IMG/VR virus record: IMGVR_UViG_3300018962_000001
Location: 124,001 to 188,000 of that record
DNA: 64,000 nt
Direction: 5' to 3' (one strand)
Below are positions 42,079-51,272 of this stretch, in pieces. The translations under genes and the position numbers were made by a program. Within the stretch, counting starts at the first letter, position 1, and each line of letters opens with the position of its first letter. Below the pieces are notes generated by a model, which was not told the DNA's origin, searched no databases, and was given only the letters and a program-made list of their open reading frames with translations.

Positions 42079-43140
42079 CTAGATCGTTGGAGCCGTATAG
42101 GTTGCGCCCCCAACATAGAGGACGGCCCCGTTCGTCCTATTCCAGACCCCGATCCCAAACTCCCTGTCCATCGTCTGGGCGCGCAGTGGATAGTGCTCGT
42201 GGTCGGCAGCAATCGTCAGATCCCCGGCGAGACCACCATCACGGGTGCGCAGCACCAGCGGTTTCAGCGGCGAGGCGGCATCGAAGCAGAAAAGGTAGCC
42301 GGATGGAACCCACGGCTTCACCCACACCTCCGCTGGCCCGAAGATCCCGATGGCGCGGTTATACATCGTGCCCATATCGAGAGTCCGACCCGGTGCGGTT
42401 CGCTCGTTGGCTCCCGGCTGAATCCGCATATCGAAATAGGGCGTGAAGTTCGAGAATGCCCGGAACGTGGCTTCCGACGCGCGATTGATATACAGCCGGA
42501 CCCCTACGCCAAACCCGTGCTCGACCACCGTCTCAACCACGTTCAGCGCTGCCGCTTCGGTCAGCGTGGTGGTTGCGAGGTAGTGGGTATGTGTGCTTGA
42601 ATCAAACGGCTGCCCGTAGGGATCGTTGGGGATGGCCGTCCCATCCGCATTGACCAACGCCCGCAGCGGCACGTTGACGTTATCCACCAACCGATCGATG
42701 TAGGCAAGGTTGTTCGTTGGGGTAAATAACGCACGCTTAATCTGCCGTTGGATATTCCGAATATCCGCCGTGCGGGCCGCGACATATTGTGCGTCCAGCT
42801 CGGCGACGGTTCGGTTCATCATGTAGAGTCGCGTCCATTGAATCGAGTACTGGAACAGGCGCATCGGAAAGCCCACGGTAACACCGGCGGCGATCTTCTG
42901 CGCGTCTGCCGTGCCGTACTCGTCAACTTCGACCATCTCGCCCTCGGCCACGCCACCGTAGCGGCGCTGGCGATCGACGGTCGGATCGACCAGATCCCCG
43001 ATCATTTCGCGCACAATCATATTGTGGGCATCGAGGTTGGCTTGAATCGCGGCGAACGCACGGTCCTCCCCAAACTGCGCAATCGTCTGATTGGCGGCCT
43101 GGGTGTCAAGGACCTGTAAGGTACCGTATGAGGTTGCCAT
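42079..43140 (-). CDS. Major capsid protein (HK97 fold)
   Basis: 353 aa after scaffold and decoration genes; GGGAGG RBS; HTHYL, FGIGVWNRTNGAVL, YTAPTI terminus typical of lambda-E-like capsids. Confidence 0.85.
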   Translation of the reverse strand: MATSYGTLQVLDTQAANQTIAQFGEDRAFAAIQANLDAHNMIVREMIGDLVDPTVDRQRRYGGVAEGEMVEVDEYGTADAQKIAAGVTVGFPMRLFQYSIQWTRLYMMNRTVAELDAQYVAARTADIRNIQRQIKRALFTPTNNLAYIDRLVDNVNVPLRALVNADGTAIPNDPYGQPFDSSTHTHYLATTTLTEAAALNVVETVVEHGFGVGVRLYINRASEATFRAFSNFTPYFDMRIQPGANERTAPGRTLDMGTMYNRAIGIFGPAEVWVKPWVPSGYLFCFDAASPLKPLVLRTRDGGLAGDLTIAADHEHYPLRAQTMDREFGIGVWNRTNGAVLYVGGATYTAPTI

Positions 43141-43152
43141 TGCAGATCCTCC

Positions 43153-43551
43153 CTAGTATGAGCGCATCGTATGGATGCGCGTGCCGTCGAGCGTTCGTCC
43201 AACCGGCACGGTGCCACCCGTCGAGGCCACCGTATCATAGCCACCCGGCACCGTGCCGGACAGGTACAAGAAGATTCCGGGCGTTAGGCCCGCGCCATAG
43301 CGCACGTTCACATCGTAGTTCAACGTGCATGCTTCACCAATGGCCGCTGCCTGTAACGCCATACCGTCCACCACGGCGGCGGCATTGGCCGCCGCCCCGG
43401 ACGAGCGGTAGATCCGCCCGTCCACTGCGGAGATATAGCACAGGTCACCGGCAGCGATCGGCTCGCCTGCGATCAAGCCCGTATAGCGATTAACGGCGGG
43501 CGGGACCACATGCGAGAGGGTTGGAACCCCACTTTTCGCGATAGCAGCCAT
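43153..43551 (-). CDS. Capsid decoration/cement protein
   Basis: AGEPIAAGDLCYI...GMAL.AAAIGE...LTPG..LYLS...G beta-tulip pattern. Confidence 0.8.
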   Translation of the reverse strand: MAAIAKSGVPTLSHVVPPAVNRYTGLIAGEPIAAGDLCYISAVDGRIYRSSGAAANAAAVVDGMALQAAAIGEACTLNYDVNVRYGAGLTPGIFLYLSGTVPGGYDTVASTGGTVPVGRTLDGTRIHTMRSY

Positions 43552-43566
43552 AATGCTGAGACCTCA

Positions 43567-44370
43567 CTACAGGGAATACATGCCTGTCTGGTGCAGGCGT
43601 GCGCGCTGTTCATCGGTCGCTTGCTGCGAGGCCGATGGCTGCGCACTCCCATCTGGTTTCGGGGGGCGCGGATTACCGGGCGGGATTGGGGTCATGAGTC
43701 GCTGGGCAAGCGATCGTGCTTGTTTCGCCCACTGGACCCGCTGCTCCAGGGCAGCCGCTCCGGGGTCGAGCACTTTCACTTCAGTCGGCCATTCACCCGT
43801 TTCCGTGTCGATTAATTCATTGACCATCGCGGCATACCGCTCGGCCTGGGCACGCGCCGTGGCGAGTTCGCCCTGCGCTTGCTCCTGCTGCACGGTCAGC
43901 TGGGTCGTCAGTTGCGTGGTCTGGGCTTCCAACTCGGTGACTCGGCGTTTGTGATCACCGATCTCGCGTTCGCGTTTATCGGCGAGCTTTTGCCACTGTC
44001 GTTGTTTTTCAGCTTCCTCCTCCTCGGCTTTGCGCGCGGCCTCCGCGGCCTCCGCTGCTGCCGTCGCCGCCGCCGCCGCCGCTTCCTCCTGGGCCACCCG
44101 TTCCTGGGTTTCGCGGTCCAGAATTTGTTGCCGCAAGCGCGCCGCTTCCGCCTCCGCATCCTGCTTGGCCTTGTTCACTTCGTCAAACCGGGCCTTGGGG
44201 ATCATATGGTCCGCCGGGGCAGGCGTTGGTGCGGGGCTGGGCGTTGGTGCAGGATCGGTCCCCGTAGGCGCAGGATCACCGTCACCCGGCGCAGGATCAG
44301 TCGTGAATGACCGGGTAAGGAGGAATAACGACCACAGCGCCAATTGTGGGAGCATGAATGTGCCAAACAT
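43567..44370 (-). CDS. Capsid scaffolding protein
   Basis: DPAP repeats, IPKARFDEVN, QWQKLA coiled coil; GGAG RBS before ATG 44370. Confidence 0.85.
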   Translation of the reverse strand: MFGTFMLPQLALWSLFLLTRSFTTDPAPGDGDPAPTGTDPAPTPSPAPTPAPADHMIPKARFDEVNKAKQDAEAEAARLRQQILDRETQERVAQEEAAAAAATAAAEAAEAARKAEEEEAEKQRQWQKLADKREREIGDHKRRVTELEAQTTQLTTQLTVQQEQAQGELATARAQAERYAAMVNELIDTETGEWPTEVKVLDPGAAALEQRVQWAKQARSLAQRLMTPIPPGNPRPPKPDGSAQPSASQQATDEQRARLHQTGMYSL

Positions 44371-44474
44371 ACAGGAATCTCCGGTACGATCCGTTTCGAG
44401 TTTTTCGTGCAACGCCACGGGATCAATACTGCTAGGATGGGGGGATTGAGCAGCTGCTTCAGCGGGGGAGGTTA

Positions 44475-44520
44475 AACAACAACAGCGCTCGAACTACCTC
44501 GTGAGGTAGTCTGAGCGCTG
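44475..44520 (-). terminator. Terminator-like hairpin in scaffold leader
   Basis: CAGCGCTC-AG-ACTACCTC-AC-GAGGTAGT-TC-GAGCGCTG then TTGTTGTTT. Confidence 0.65.
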
Positions 44521-44556
44521 ACGAAACCGTGCTCCGCAGCTATACGTAATGCCCAT

Positions 44557-44585
44557 AGTATAAGGACCGCTGGTGCTGGTGTCAA
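44557..44585 (-). promoter_or_regulatory. Near-consensus sigma70 promoter for capsid operon
   Basis: TTGACA-17-TATACT. Confidence 0.8.
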
Positions 44586-44599
44586 TAGCGGGGGTTGAC

Positions 44600-44854
44600 T
44601 CAGGCGGGATCTCGCCTCGATTCTGGGTCGGAATCGAGCAGCGGTGAGCTGGAATCATGGCGCAGCCGCTGACGATCCGCGCGGCGTTCCGTTCGCGACA
44701 GCACGCTATGCGGGAGTCCCAAATAGTCCTCCAGGCTGGTCAACAGCAAAATCAGCGCCTGACGTGCCGCCATGCCGAGTCGATAGTGATCTCCTTGGGC
44801 ACTTGGCCGGAGCGGTACCGGAGATTTCGTGGGCGAATCGTGAGCCATACCCAT
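44600..44854 (-). CDS. Small hypothetical protein
   Basis: GAAGGA RBS; helix MAARQALILLLTSLEDYLGL. Confidence 0.6.
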   Translation of the reverse strand: MGMAHDSPTKSPVPLRPSAQGDHYRLGMAARQALILLLTSLEDYLGLPHSVLSRTERRADRQRLRHDSSSPLLDSDPESRRDPA

Positions 44855-44867
44855 TCCTTCTTGCTCC

Positions 44868-45233
44868 CTACAGGGGATTCAGATCTTCGATCACTCGAAT
44901 GGTAAAATAATCGTCGGTTGGAATTGTGAGTCGCTGATCTGGCGACCCATACTGGACCTCGATTTCGGCGAGATAATCCCCCGGCGGGAGCGCGGTCTCG
45001 CCCGGAAGCCACTGAAACTGAAAGCGCGTGGTTACCCGCCCATCATACGTTCCGGTTTCCGCCGTTCCAGGACGTTGAATGACCAACACCCCCCGCTCAT
45101 TCCGCACGAAAAACCAGAACACGCCATTGAGTGTTGGGAGGGGCGTGCCATCCGCCTGCCACAGATCGGCCCGAAACGGCGTGAGTGTATCATTGCGCTT
45201 CTGATAATGAACCAGATTTGACCCGCGATTCAT
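44868..45233 (-). CDS. BppU N-terminal-like Ig-fold anchor protein
   Basis: KRNDT..F...L...G...QWLPGET..PGDYLAEIEV.Y...TIPT...I.V; GGAGGTG RBS. Confidence 0.8.
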   Translation of the reverse strand: MNRGSNLVHYQKRNDTLTPFRADLWQADGTPLPTLNGVFWFFVRNERGVLVIQRPGTAETGTYDGRVTTRFQFQWLPGETALPPGDYLAEIEVQYGSPDQRLTIPTDDYFTIRVIEDLNPL

Positions 45234-45237
45234 TGTG

Positions 45238-48200
45238 TCACCTCCGTACCTGGGCGCGTGTTCGGCTGGGGAGCACCATGCTGCGACAACGATGGCTGAC
45301 CACTGCTGCGCGCATCCGCAGATCACGCACGACGGCGCGAATTGGGAGCGCGAGCGTCGGGATCGCGCCCTGAAGATCGCCTGCCACGACCGCAAAACTG
45401 AGCACGGCGTGGCCGATCGATCGACTCAGCACCTGCCCGGCCCGCAGGGAAGCCTCCACGCTGAGCACGACCAACAGCGCACGCTGTCGGTGCGCTGTCG
45501 CGCCTGGCCCGACATCAAGCGCGATTCCGGCAGTCACCGATCGATACCCCGCACGTCGGGTGCCAGCAGCAATGATACTCGGTGCTGCGCTGACCAGGCT
45601 CCGAGCCACCGTGCTTTTGGCATGGAGGCTTCCCGTTCCAGCGGCGGTGCTGGTGAGCTGCCGCTGGGAATCTCGTCGCACCTGGGCGGTCATCAGATCG
45701 AGGACGCTTATCGCAATCGTATGCCCCCGCGCACTGATTCGATCGACGGTCCCCTGTACCGGGCCATGCCATCCACCAGGCCGGTGCGATTCTTGTGCCC
45801 GCGCGCCGGTGATGGTGGTGGCATGATCCACCTCGCCGAACCGAGTAGCCCCACCCCGACGCAGCACGTGGGCTTCCCCAACGACCCCCGCCGACACTCC
45901 CTGCCGGACCAGTGCTTGCCGGGCCAGCTGGAGACCGGTCTCCAGCGGAACGCCGAGACCGCGCACGGTGCTTGCCTGCGACCCAATCACAGCCTCAGCT
46001 TCCGCGTCCACCGTCCCGCTTCGATCGCGTCGACTCCACCGTTCAGCAAAGGTGCTCCCCGGAATAACGAATCCCGCATGGCGGGCACTTTGCCCCCCCG
46101 GACTCACCAGCGGGACCGCTGCCAGGCTGTCGCTCACGGCCCGAATCAGGCGTTGATCGCCACGCAGCCACGCCACCGCCAGCGCCCCCCACGGAGCTGC
46201 GCGACCAAAGCCCCGTCGCGTCGCGCTGGCCGGGTCGATCCCTTGGCTCACTGAGGGCGCGCGCGCGAGGATCTGGCGGCCTCCGGTTGTCGCGACCGGA
46301 GCAATTGCCTCTGCCACCCACTGGATCATGGTTGTGACTCGATCCCCGATCGTGGTTGTGACGATGGCGATCGGAGCCGTGCGGCGCTGGGCAAGGATGC
46401 GCGTCCCAACACTCATGACTCCCGTACCCCAGCCTGGCACACGGCGCACGGCCTGATGGGCCGCGAGGCCGATCGCTGGAAGATTTGCAGTTGCCGTTTG
46501 GCGAGACGCCGCCGTTCCCGCAGCGATGCCGGTGCCGATCGGCATCACTTGACTACGCAGGCGGGTTAACGCTTGGGCAGTGCGTAGCAGGCCGATCCCT
46601 GGCAGGTCCAGTAGCACGCCCCGCAGCGCCTCACGGCGCTGGGTAAGTCCGGCGGCGGCGGCGGCGATCGCCATGATCCCCCGGCGAATCGTTTGCTGTC
46701 CGCCCAGCGCGAGGGTGCTGCCGGTTCCCGCCGCGATCTGGCGCTGGGTCATGGTGCGATACCCAAGCCCACTGTTCGCCGCCTGGGTGCTGCCGATCCC
46801 GCGCAGGCCGTGGGTCATACGACTCGTGGTCATGGTGATGGGGACGGGCACCGCTGGGACCTTCAGTGCGTGTCCGCCTTTTGCCAGAGGGACCCCGATC
46901 TCGGTGGCGATTGCCACCGAGCGCGTCACCACTTGGCCCGCAGCAACGGTTGTATAATCGAGGTGATAGTCGTCAACATCAAAGATTTGCTGGGTTCCCG
47001 CAGGGACATTATCGATCTGCAAGGCGGCAACAATCCGGGGTGAGTTCCACATATCCACCACGCCCGGATAGCTTTCGTTCAGGACAAACAGCACGCCATC
47101 CGAAAGAAGCCAGCGGTAGGTAATCTGGTCATTCGCGATGTCCACAACAAACTCCAGGCGATGCCATACATCTGGGTCTAGCTCCTGCGTGAATCCATAG
47201 GCTTGCTCCGTTGAGGGCCGGTTGGCATCCCAGCCACGAGTCGCGCCAAACGGTCGCCAGTGCCGCGTTGGCGCGGTGATGATGTACGTAAAGGCAGCCT
47301 CCAAGCGCCGTCCCTGCTGGTACACCGAAAACGGAAACTCGACGGCTTGCGGGGCATTGACCGTGCCCGCATAGCGCCAGTTGATCCGGTAGATCCATCG
47401 CACGGCATCGACCCACGGAAGATCCTGGTACCGATACACATTGACATAGACCGGCTCACTCCCCGTATTGACCCCACCTGAGGTGGTGATTTCGATTTGA
47501 TAGATCTGTCCATCGCCCGATGGAGCCGATGCGTCCGCGACGATTCGATGGGTCTGCGTCATCGTATAGCCGGGCGACCCATCATTCGGGTTGAAGGTTG
47601 TGAGCGCGCCGTGAGTCCAAAATGCCTCGGTGTAGAGTTTCCATGCACTCAGCGCCGCCTGATCCAGCGGACCAAAAAATCCCTGGCTGCTACTGTCTCG
47701 CCGGGTCAGCGCTCCACTTGCAGGGAGGTTGACCCCTCCAGCGCGCTGGAGTGCCCGCCGCCCAATAGGCAGAGCGGCACTGTTTGCGAGGGTTGTGACT
47801 GCCTGGCGGCGTGCGGCGATCGTCCGCCAGATGCCGCGACTTCCGGGCAGCAACACACTGAGTTGTTTCGTGGCCTGGCCGCGCAGGCTTAACGCGGCCA
47901 GGGCTGGCCCGACCCAGGAGCCAGCAAGATGGGCACCTATGCGACGGACCAGCAGGCCGTTAACAGGGATGATGTGGTCCACCCCGCGCGGCTGTCCGAT
48001 CCTCCGCCCAGCACTCGTCTCCAAGGCGATCGAGGTCGTGGCAGCGCGCGTGATCGCGTTGCCAGCCGCAGGCGGGGCATTTAGATTGTCAAAGCTCGCG
48101 GTGTAGGCAGCGGCAGCGGCTCCCGCCGAGGACGTGCGTGCCCCAAATTGGACATATACCGACTCCAGCTCCGCGCCGGTGAGGATGGAGGTACTTTTCC

Positions 48201-50298
48201 ACGCGGTTGTCCCATCCGGCAAGGCATCAGGATGACTCCAGGTCAGCCCGTCTGCCGATACATCTCCATACAGAACCCCCGCCGTTTCCCGAATCCGCCA
48301 CCATCGATGGGCTGCCTCCTGGTAGCTGATCGTAATCGCTCCAATCCCGGTTTGCTGCCATTCCAGCGCCTGGGTATTCCCGTTATACTGAATCCAGACC
48401 GCATCCGCACTGGGATTGACGACCGCGGTTGCTTGCACCCGCAGCAGCACCCGCACGTTCGTTGTTGCGACTAAGGGGAGCACTTCCACGTGAATCGCTT
48501 GGCCGGTCAGGCGATAGGCGCTCGCAGAGGTGTAATAGCCGTAGTCACTCCCTGCTCCGGCGGAGGAAAGACTGATCTGAAGAACGGCTCCCGTTTCTGT
48601 CAGCGTTGGGGTTGCTGTCTTGTGGACGGTCCACATCGGACTCGCCACCGTGTCACTAAACGTATCGACCAGGCTTCCAAGGTTGGCGGTACTACTCATC
48701 ATCTGGATCGTCGGTTCGACGCCAACACCCACCGCCGGACCGATAAAGGCACCGCGCGCCACCGAGTCGATCGAATTTACTCCCAGAGACGCATTCCCGC
48801 TGATCAGCGCTCCTCGGCCAGTGCTTCGGATCGGTGCGGGTCCTGCCGTGGCGGGTATCGCGACGGTGCTGGATCGTGGATAGGCGGATCGATCGCCAAG
48901 TCCTGATGTGTTTGGCGAGGCAATCGTGCTGGCACGGCGAATACTAACGCCCACGCCAACACCGGGGGTGACACTGACTCCGACCGTTGGCTGACGGATG
49001 ACCGCCGTGGCTCCGGCGGCGGCCTCCTTATAGGTCACAATACCGCCAATCCAGGTTGCCGTGGCCGACAGGGTAAAGCCCACGGTTTCCGCTGCCCCAC
49101 CCACAAGGTCGCGGGTCCCCACGGTTAACGCGGCAGTCGTGGCGTCAGGATAACTCCCGCGACTCGCGTATGGACTGGCAACGCTGACCGACGCGACGGT
49201 CGCCGCATTCGCCAGCAGGCCGATCGCGAGGCGATTGCCACTGCCAAGGGCGGCACTGGTCGTCGCACTCGCAGCAGTCCCCATCCCGCCGCTGAACCCC
49301 GTGCGATCAACGGGATTGGTTGTGGCAATGCCAACAAACTCAAATGCGATGATCGAAAGATTGCCGGACCCAGCGCCACGCTGCACGGTGATCAAGGGAT
49401 TCGTGGTTGTCTGATTGTTTGCGTAGCGCCAGATCTGAATTTCATCACTCCCGCTAACCTGAACAAAATCGCGCGTGAAGCCGAGACCGCTGTTGTAGCT
49501 GACACTGGTAATCTCACTGGTTCCCGACATGCGATTATTCAGGGCGACGATCAGGGACGATCCTGATCGCGCGGCTTGCGGGAAGGAAAGGTTAAAGGTC
49601 GTGGTCGAGATTCCCTGGTTCCGGGCGGATTGGCAGAGGCCAAACGCACTGGGGGTCGCTGGGACGAGAAACACCGTGAGTCCACTATAGGCTCCGCTTC
49701 CCGCGTCATGCGATCGTGATCCGGTGACTCCTTCGGCAAGATCGTAGCCATACGCGACAAACTGGCGGCAATGAGCCGTGGTGGTCCCACCACTATTTTG
49801 ATCGGTCTCCTTGAACATCCGCCAATCCGCGGTGTACGTCGTGCCGGGCACCGCGCTCGTCTCTACCGTTAACCGCATCGCGCCGCGATAGCCAAGCCCT
49901 GCCCCATTGGTGGCAGCCGCATCCGTATGGGTGGTTCCGGTGGTACCACTGTACGACAAGAGACCGACCGCGCGCGCGCCCGCCGTGGTGAGCACGCCAG
50001 AGATCCCGCAACATGACCAGACACCGCGGCCCGATGTTCCCCAGGAAATGACGGGCGCGGCGGCGTTCCAGGCCGCTGAGAACAGCGCGGTACAGGTGGC
50101 GTTCGTCGAATCCTGGACCTGGCCTTCCTTGGTCCATCCGGTCGTTGCCGTTGTCACGGTGATGGCCGTGCTCGTTTTGATCGACACAAACACCCACAGC
50201 GTATCCTCGCTTGTCAGTGCAGGCGAGGATGGCAACGTGGGCGTTACCGACGCGGCGCTGAAGGTGCCCGTGGTTTTGTTTTTATGGCGAATGGGCAC
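45238..50298 (-). CDS. Giant (1686 aa) virion appendage protein: beta-sandwich, LamG-like and jelly-roll domains separated by 20-aa periodic spacers
   Basis: WWRIRETAGVLYGDVSADGLTW LamG-like motif; 5+6+26 twenty-residue units starting with Arg. Confidence 0.8.
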   Translation of the reverse strand: MPIRHKNKTTGTFSAASVTPTLPSSPALTSEDTLWVFVSIKTSTAITVTTATTGWTKEGQVQDSTNATCTALFSAAWNAAAPVISWGTSGRGVWSCCGISGVLTTAGARAVGLLSYSGTTGTTHTDAAATNGAGLGYRGAMRLTVETSAVPGTTYTADWRMFKETDQNSGGTTTAHCRQFVAYGYDLAEGVTGSRSHDAGSGAYSGLTVFLVPATPSAFGLCQSARNQGISTTTFNLSFPQAARSGSSLIVALNNRMSGTSEITSVSYNSGLGFTRDFVQVSGSDEIQIWRYANNQTTTNPLITVQRGAGSGNLSIIAFEFVGIATTNPVDRTGFSGGMGTAASATTSAALGSGNRLAIGLLANAATVASVSVASPYASRGSYPDATTAALTVGTRDLVGGAAETVGFTLSATATWIGGIVTYKEAAAGATAVIRQPTVGVSVTPGVGVGVSIRRASTIASPNTSGLGDRSAYPRSSTVAIPATAGPAPIRSTGRGALISGNASLGVNSIDSVARGAFIGPAVGVGVEPTIQMMSSTANLGSLVDTFSDTVASPMWTVHKTATPTLTETGAVLQISLSSAGAGSDYGYYTSASAYRLTGQAIHVEVLPLVATTNVRVLLRVQATAVVNPSADAVWIQYNGNTQALEWQQTGIGAITISYQEAAHRWWRIRETAGVLYGDVSADGLTWSHPDALPDGTTAWKSTSILTGAELESVYVQFGARTSSAGAAAAAYTASFDNLNAPPAAGNAITRAATTSIALETSAGRRIGQPRGVDHIIPVNGLLVRRIGAHLAGSWVGPALAALSLRGQATKQLSVLLPGSRGIWRTIAARRQAVTTLANSAALPIGRRALQRAGGVNLPASGALTRRDSSSQGFFGPLDQAALSAWKLYTEAFWTHGALTTFNPNDGSPGYTMTQTHRIVADASAPSGDGQIYQIEITTSGGVNTGSEPVYVNVYRYQDLPWVDAVRWIYRINWRYAGTVNAPQAVEFPFSVYQQGRRLEAAFTYIITAPTRHWRPFGATRGWDANRPSTEQAYGFTQELDPDVWHRLEFVVDIANDQITYRWLLSDGVLFVLNESYPGVVDMWNSPRIVAALQIDNVPAGTQQIFDVDDYHLDYTTVAAGQVVTRSVAIATEIGVPLAKGGHALKVPAVPVPITMTTSRMTHGLRGIGSTQAANSGLGYRTMTQRQIAAGTGSTLALGGQQTIRRGIMAIAAAAAGLTQRREALRGVLLDLPGIGLLRTAQALTRLRSQVMPIGTGIAAGTAASRQTATANLPAIGLAAHQAVRRVPGWGTGVMSVGTRILAQRRTAPIAIVTTTIGDRVTTMIQWVAEAIAPVATTGGRQILARAPSVSQGIDPASATRRGFGRAAPWGALAVAWLRGDQRLIRAVSDSLAAVPLVSPGGQSARHAGFVIPGSTFAERWSRRDRSGTVDAEAEAVIGSQASTVRGLGVPLETGLQLARQALVRQGVSAGVVGEAHVLRRGGATRFGEVDHATTITGARAQESHRPGGWHGPVQGTVDRISARGHTIAISVLDLMTAQVRRDSQRQLTSTAAGTGSLHAKSTVARSLVSAAPSIIAAGTRRAGYRSVTAGIALDVGPGATAHRQRALLVVLSVEASLRAGQVLSRSIGHAVLSFAVVAGDLQGAIPTLALPIRAVVRDLRMRAAVVSHRCRSMVLPSRTRAQVRR

Positions 50299-50300
50299 CG

Positions 50301-50612
50301 TCAGGCTCCAAGATCATCAAATCCGTAGGAGAACTCGTCGCTAACCGTATTGACGTTAAACAGCCCCGCACCGATCGGCGGGGTGCTCGCTATGGGACTG
50401 CCGGTCGTGGGATGGCGTGGACTGGGGGGCACCTCATAGGTCCACCGCCGCCGCCGCCGGACGTTGGCGGCCCAGAACCGCAGGGTGTTGGGCGTGAGGT
50501 TCGTAATCACGATTCCGTTTTCGACATTCGCGCCGGTCACCGTGTCATACGAAACAAGGACTCGAATCAACCCCTGCTCGTATTCAGCCACCAGATCCGT
50601 CACCACAGCCAT
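50301..50612 (-). CDS. Small beta-rich hypothetical (structural) protein
   Basis: AAGGAGG RBS; operon position. Confidence 0.7.
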   Translation of the reverse strand: MAVVTDLVAEYEQGLIRVLVSYDTVTGANVENGIVITNLTPNTLRFWAANVRRRRRWTYEVPPSPRHPTTGSPIASTPPIGAGLFNVNTVSDEFSYGFDDLGA

Positions 50613-50627
50613 GATCCCTCCTTCGCG

Positions 50628-51272
50628 CTAGTTGGAGATGGTCCAATCCACGCGCAGGGTGTCATTGGTGGCTAAGACGGCATTCGACGAGAAATTGTCC
50701 TCCGCATACAGCACCGATCCCGCCACTGTCGCCGAGTCAAATAATCCGGCTCCATACGCCGTGGCCGCGCCGGTGGCGGTATAGGTGTACTGGACAAGCT
50801 GGCTGAATTGTGCGCCGTTGGTGGCGGGAGCCGTGTAGTTGCCCGTAATCACCGTTGCCGCCGCACGCGCGAGGCCCAGGGTCGTGAACTCGTTGGTGGT
50901 AACCCCCGCCGAGGTTGACCCGAGCGACAGATTGGCTTTCGATTTGGTGAGGGCAGCGCTGGCAACAGCGATAATCTTAAACTGGTTGGTATTGACCGCC
51001 CCCGGCGAGGCTCCGCCCCCAAAGATCTGAAGCGCCTGACGATTCGCACCCGAATCGACGCGCTCGTTACAGGACAGATCGACCCAGAGGGTGTCCCACC
51101 TCAAGATCTGCCCCGCCTCCATCACAGGTCGCCGTTGCACGGCGACGACCAACCCAAATTCTCCCGGCTGCCGGGTGGCTTTCCGGCCACCAGGGTAGAT
51201 CCGCATGGCATCCCAGGAGGCCGGGCGAAAAATGCGTCCCAGCAGGGGATGCGTATAGAGCACCTGCGTCAT
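50628..51272 (-). CDS. Beta-sandwich virion fibre subunit (N..V..G...IAV...E....GLAR...GLFD...GS.L....F...L...DTL.V.W family)
   Basis: AAGGAG RBS; motif pattern typical of phage minor tail/fibre proteins, related in pattern to 24799..25428. Confidence 0.75.
   Translation of the reverse strand: MTQVLYTHPLLGRIFRPASWDAMRIYPGGRKATRQPGEFGLVVAVQRRPVMEAGQILRWDTLWVDLSCNERVDSGANRQALQIFGGGASPGAVNTNQFKIIAVASAALTKSKANLSLGSTSAGVTTNEFTTLGLARAAATVITGNYTAPATNGAQFSQLVQYTYTATGAATAYGAGLFDSATVAGSVLYAEDNFSSNAVLATNDTLRVDWTISN

Noticed and set aside
44040-44085. (GCC)n and (CGG)n runs here and at about 1477, 5845, 12007, 23281, 37436
   Set aside because: Short in-frame poly-Ala/Arg/Pro codons in GC-rich genes; no evidence of phase variation.
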